From positions 3,043 through 67,042 of the forward strand of contig JBAUZZ010000216.1 of assembly GCA_049585495.1 (NCBI GenBank): DNA of 64,000 bases, written 5' to 3'. Positions 62,475-64,000 of the stretch are shown in pieces (within the stretch, counting starts at the first letter, position 1; every line of letters begins with the position of its first letter). A program made the translations under genes and the position numbers. Source of the stretch: Chthoniobacterales bacterium (lineage in GTDB: Bacteria > Verrucomicrobiota > Verrucomicrobiia > Chthoniobacterales > JAFAMB01). A model generated the notes under the pieces. The model was not told the DNA's origin, made no database searches, and saw only the letters and a program-made list of their open reading frames with translations.

Positions 62475-63734
62475 ATGAAGGTTCTGGTTATCGGCGGAGG
62501 TGGCCGCGAACACGCACTCGCGTGGAAAATTCGTCAGTCGCCGCGTGTATCTCAGGTATTCGTCGCCCCCGGGAACGCTGGCACACAGCGGATCGGGCGG
62601 AACGTGCCAATTAAGGTGACCGAGTTGGCGAAGTTGCGGGATTTTGCGCTCGACGAACAGATAAACCTGACAGTCGTCGGTCCGGATGATGCCCTGGCAG
62701 CCGGCGCGGCGAATCTCTTCGAGGAAGCCGGGCTCAGGACCTTCGGCCCGCGCAAGGAAGCGGCCCGGCTGGAGTCGTCGAAAGGCTTCGCCAAGAGTTT
62801 TATGGTTCGCCACGGCATTCCGACGCCTCGCTTCGCCCAGTTCGATTCGAGTCGGGAAGCTATCGAATCGCTCGACCAATTCGGGCTTCCCGTGGCAATT
62901 AAGGCCGACGGTCTCGCACTCGGCAAGGGGGTCGTCATCGCCCACGACCGATCAGAAGCGGAGGGCGCAATCGGGGACATGATAGATCGCGGGCGGTTCG
63001 GCGAGGCCGGGCGCAGAATCGTCATCGAGGAATTTCTAACTGGGACGGAATGCTCGGTCCACGCCCTCGTCGATGGCCGCAGCTACCTCCTCTTCCCAAC
63101 AGCGCAGGACCACAAGCAGCTATACGACGGAAATCATGGCCCGAATACTGGCGGAATGGGAGCATTTAGCCCTTCGAACAAGCTGAAGCAGGCTCAGATG
63201 CGCGAAATCGAAGAAAGGATTTTGAAACCATTCGTTCGCGGAATTCAGCAGGACAGAATAGAGTTTCGAGGTTTGCTCTTCCCCGGGCTAATGCTTACGC
63301 CTGACGGACTGCAGGTGCTGGAGTTTAATTGCCGATTTGGCGATCCGGAGGCACAAGCCATTCTCCCGCGCCTCGAAAGCGATCTAGTCGATTTACTAGA
63401 GGCAACGCTCGATCAGCGGCTGGACGAGGTCTCAGCAACCTGGAGTCCTCGTGCTTCGGTTTGCGTCGTGATGGCCTCGGGCGGATACCCAGATAAATAC
63501 TTGACCGGCAAACGAATCGTTGGAATTGAGGAAGCGGAAAAATTGGATTCAATCATTATCTTTCACGCCGGAACGAAATTTGAATCTTCCAGAACGGTGA
63601 CTTCTGGCGGGCGCGTGCTCGGGATAACGGCTCTCGGCGACAACCTCCTAAGCGCTAAGCGGCAGGCCTACGACGCGGTCGAAAAAATCGAATTCGACGG
63701 GAGCTATTTTCGCCGCGACATTGCATTGCGATAA
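62475..63734 (+). CDS. purD: phosphoribosylamine--glycine ligase
   Basis: MKVLVIGGGGREHALAWKI..SP.V..VFVAPGNAGT...EFN.RFGDPE. ATG at 62475 is preceded by GAGGAA. Confidence 0.96.
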   Translation: MKVLVIGGGGREHALAWKIRQSPRVSQVFVAPGNAGTQRIGRNVPIKVTELAKLRDFALDEQINLTVVGPDDALAAGAANLFEEAGLRTFGPRKEAARLESSKGFAKSFMVRHGIPTPRFAQFDSSREAIESLDQFGLPVAIKADGLALGKGVVIAHDRSEAEGAIGDMIDRGRFGEAGRRIVIEEFLTGTECSVHALVDGRSYLLFPTAQDHKQLYDGNHGPNTGGMGAFSPSNKLKQAQMREIEERILKPFVRGIQQDRIEFRGLLFPGLMLTPDGLQVLEFNCRFGDPEAQAILPRLESDLVDLLEATLDQRLDEVSATWSPRASVCVVMASGGYPDKYLTGKRIVGIEEAEKLDSIIIFHAGTKFESSRTVTSGGRVLGITALGDNLLSAKRQAYDAVEKIEFDGSYFRRDIALR

Positions 63735-63752
63735 TCTGATCGAAAGCGTTGC

Positions 63753-64000
63753 ATGAGGACCCATCTGGCACTTTTTGGAGCCATCTTAGCCTTGTTGGCT
63801 TTGGCGAAGGGTGATCCATCACCTCTCGCGTCGGCTGCGACATCACCGGCAGGGCCTCCATCCGCGGCCGAAACTCCGGGCCACTCGCCGATGAGCACCC
63901 TGGTGGACCAACTCGATAAAAGTCAGCTACAGGAGGTCATCCAACAGCTCCGGTCCAATTATGTCGACCAACGCGAATTAACCAGCGATGAAATCAACCA
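63753..64000 (+). CDS. secreted protein, partial (N-terminus only; possibly an S41 C-terminal-processing peptidase)
   Basis: My translation from ATG 63753 is MRTHLALFGAILALLALAKGDPSP...LVDQLDKSQLQEVIQQLRSNYVDQRELTSDEINQ, open to the window end. It has a signal peptide. The ..L..NYVD...L pattern recalls S41 N-termini, but that is weak. Confidence 0.45.
   Translation, partial: MRTHLALFGAILALLALAKGDPSPLASAATSPAGPPSAAETPGHSPMSTLVDQLDKSQLQEVIQQLRSNYVDQRELTSDEIN

Overview
The window looks like about 64 kb of core chromosome from a moderately GC-rich bacterium. Gene content and repeat style remind me of soil Verrucomicrobia/PVC-type genomes, but that is an untested impression. I call 60 protein-coding genes, one gene remnant and one tRNA-Asp(GTC). 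Two genes are cut by the window edges and so are missing from the ORF track: lipA at the left edge and a signal-peptide protein at the right edge. Most genes are housekeeping: rpsI-rplM, rplS, rpoA-rplQ, pgi, rpiA, dinB, rnhB, purH, purD, pdxJ-acpS, scpA-scpB, pheA, gltB, thiD, lipA and ada/alkA-ogt. There is one roughly 11-kb carbohydrate-utilisation cluster at 24.6-35.7 kb. It holds a CUT1-type ABC importer without an ATPase gene, four Gfo/Idh/MocA oxidoreductases, a cupin, a DUF993-like protein, a xylose-isomerase-like TIM barrel and a GntR regulator. There is also a fadA/fadB-like pair and a split Tm-1-like two-gene module. I found no CRISPR array, integrase, transposase, reverse transcriptase, phage genes, toxin-antitoxin pair or recognisable defence system. 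The unusual material is non-coding: nearly every intergenic gap over about 70 bp is filled by a structured repeat. The most interesting class is six long hairpins whose arms are tandem heptamer (once hexamer) repeats. They sit at 2701, 12336, 39233, 41901, 60027 and 61450. One carries a four-helix-bundle (23S-rRNA-IVS-protein family) gene as cargo. Another forms a mirror-image 38-nt sequence that abuts the start codons of two divergent genes. Other families are GTAGGGC-terminated palindromes in several subtypes (some nested) and a roughly 180-bp structured repeat present as direct copies on both sides of the sugar cluster. Functional calls rest on my reading of the translated ORFs. No database search was run.
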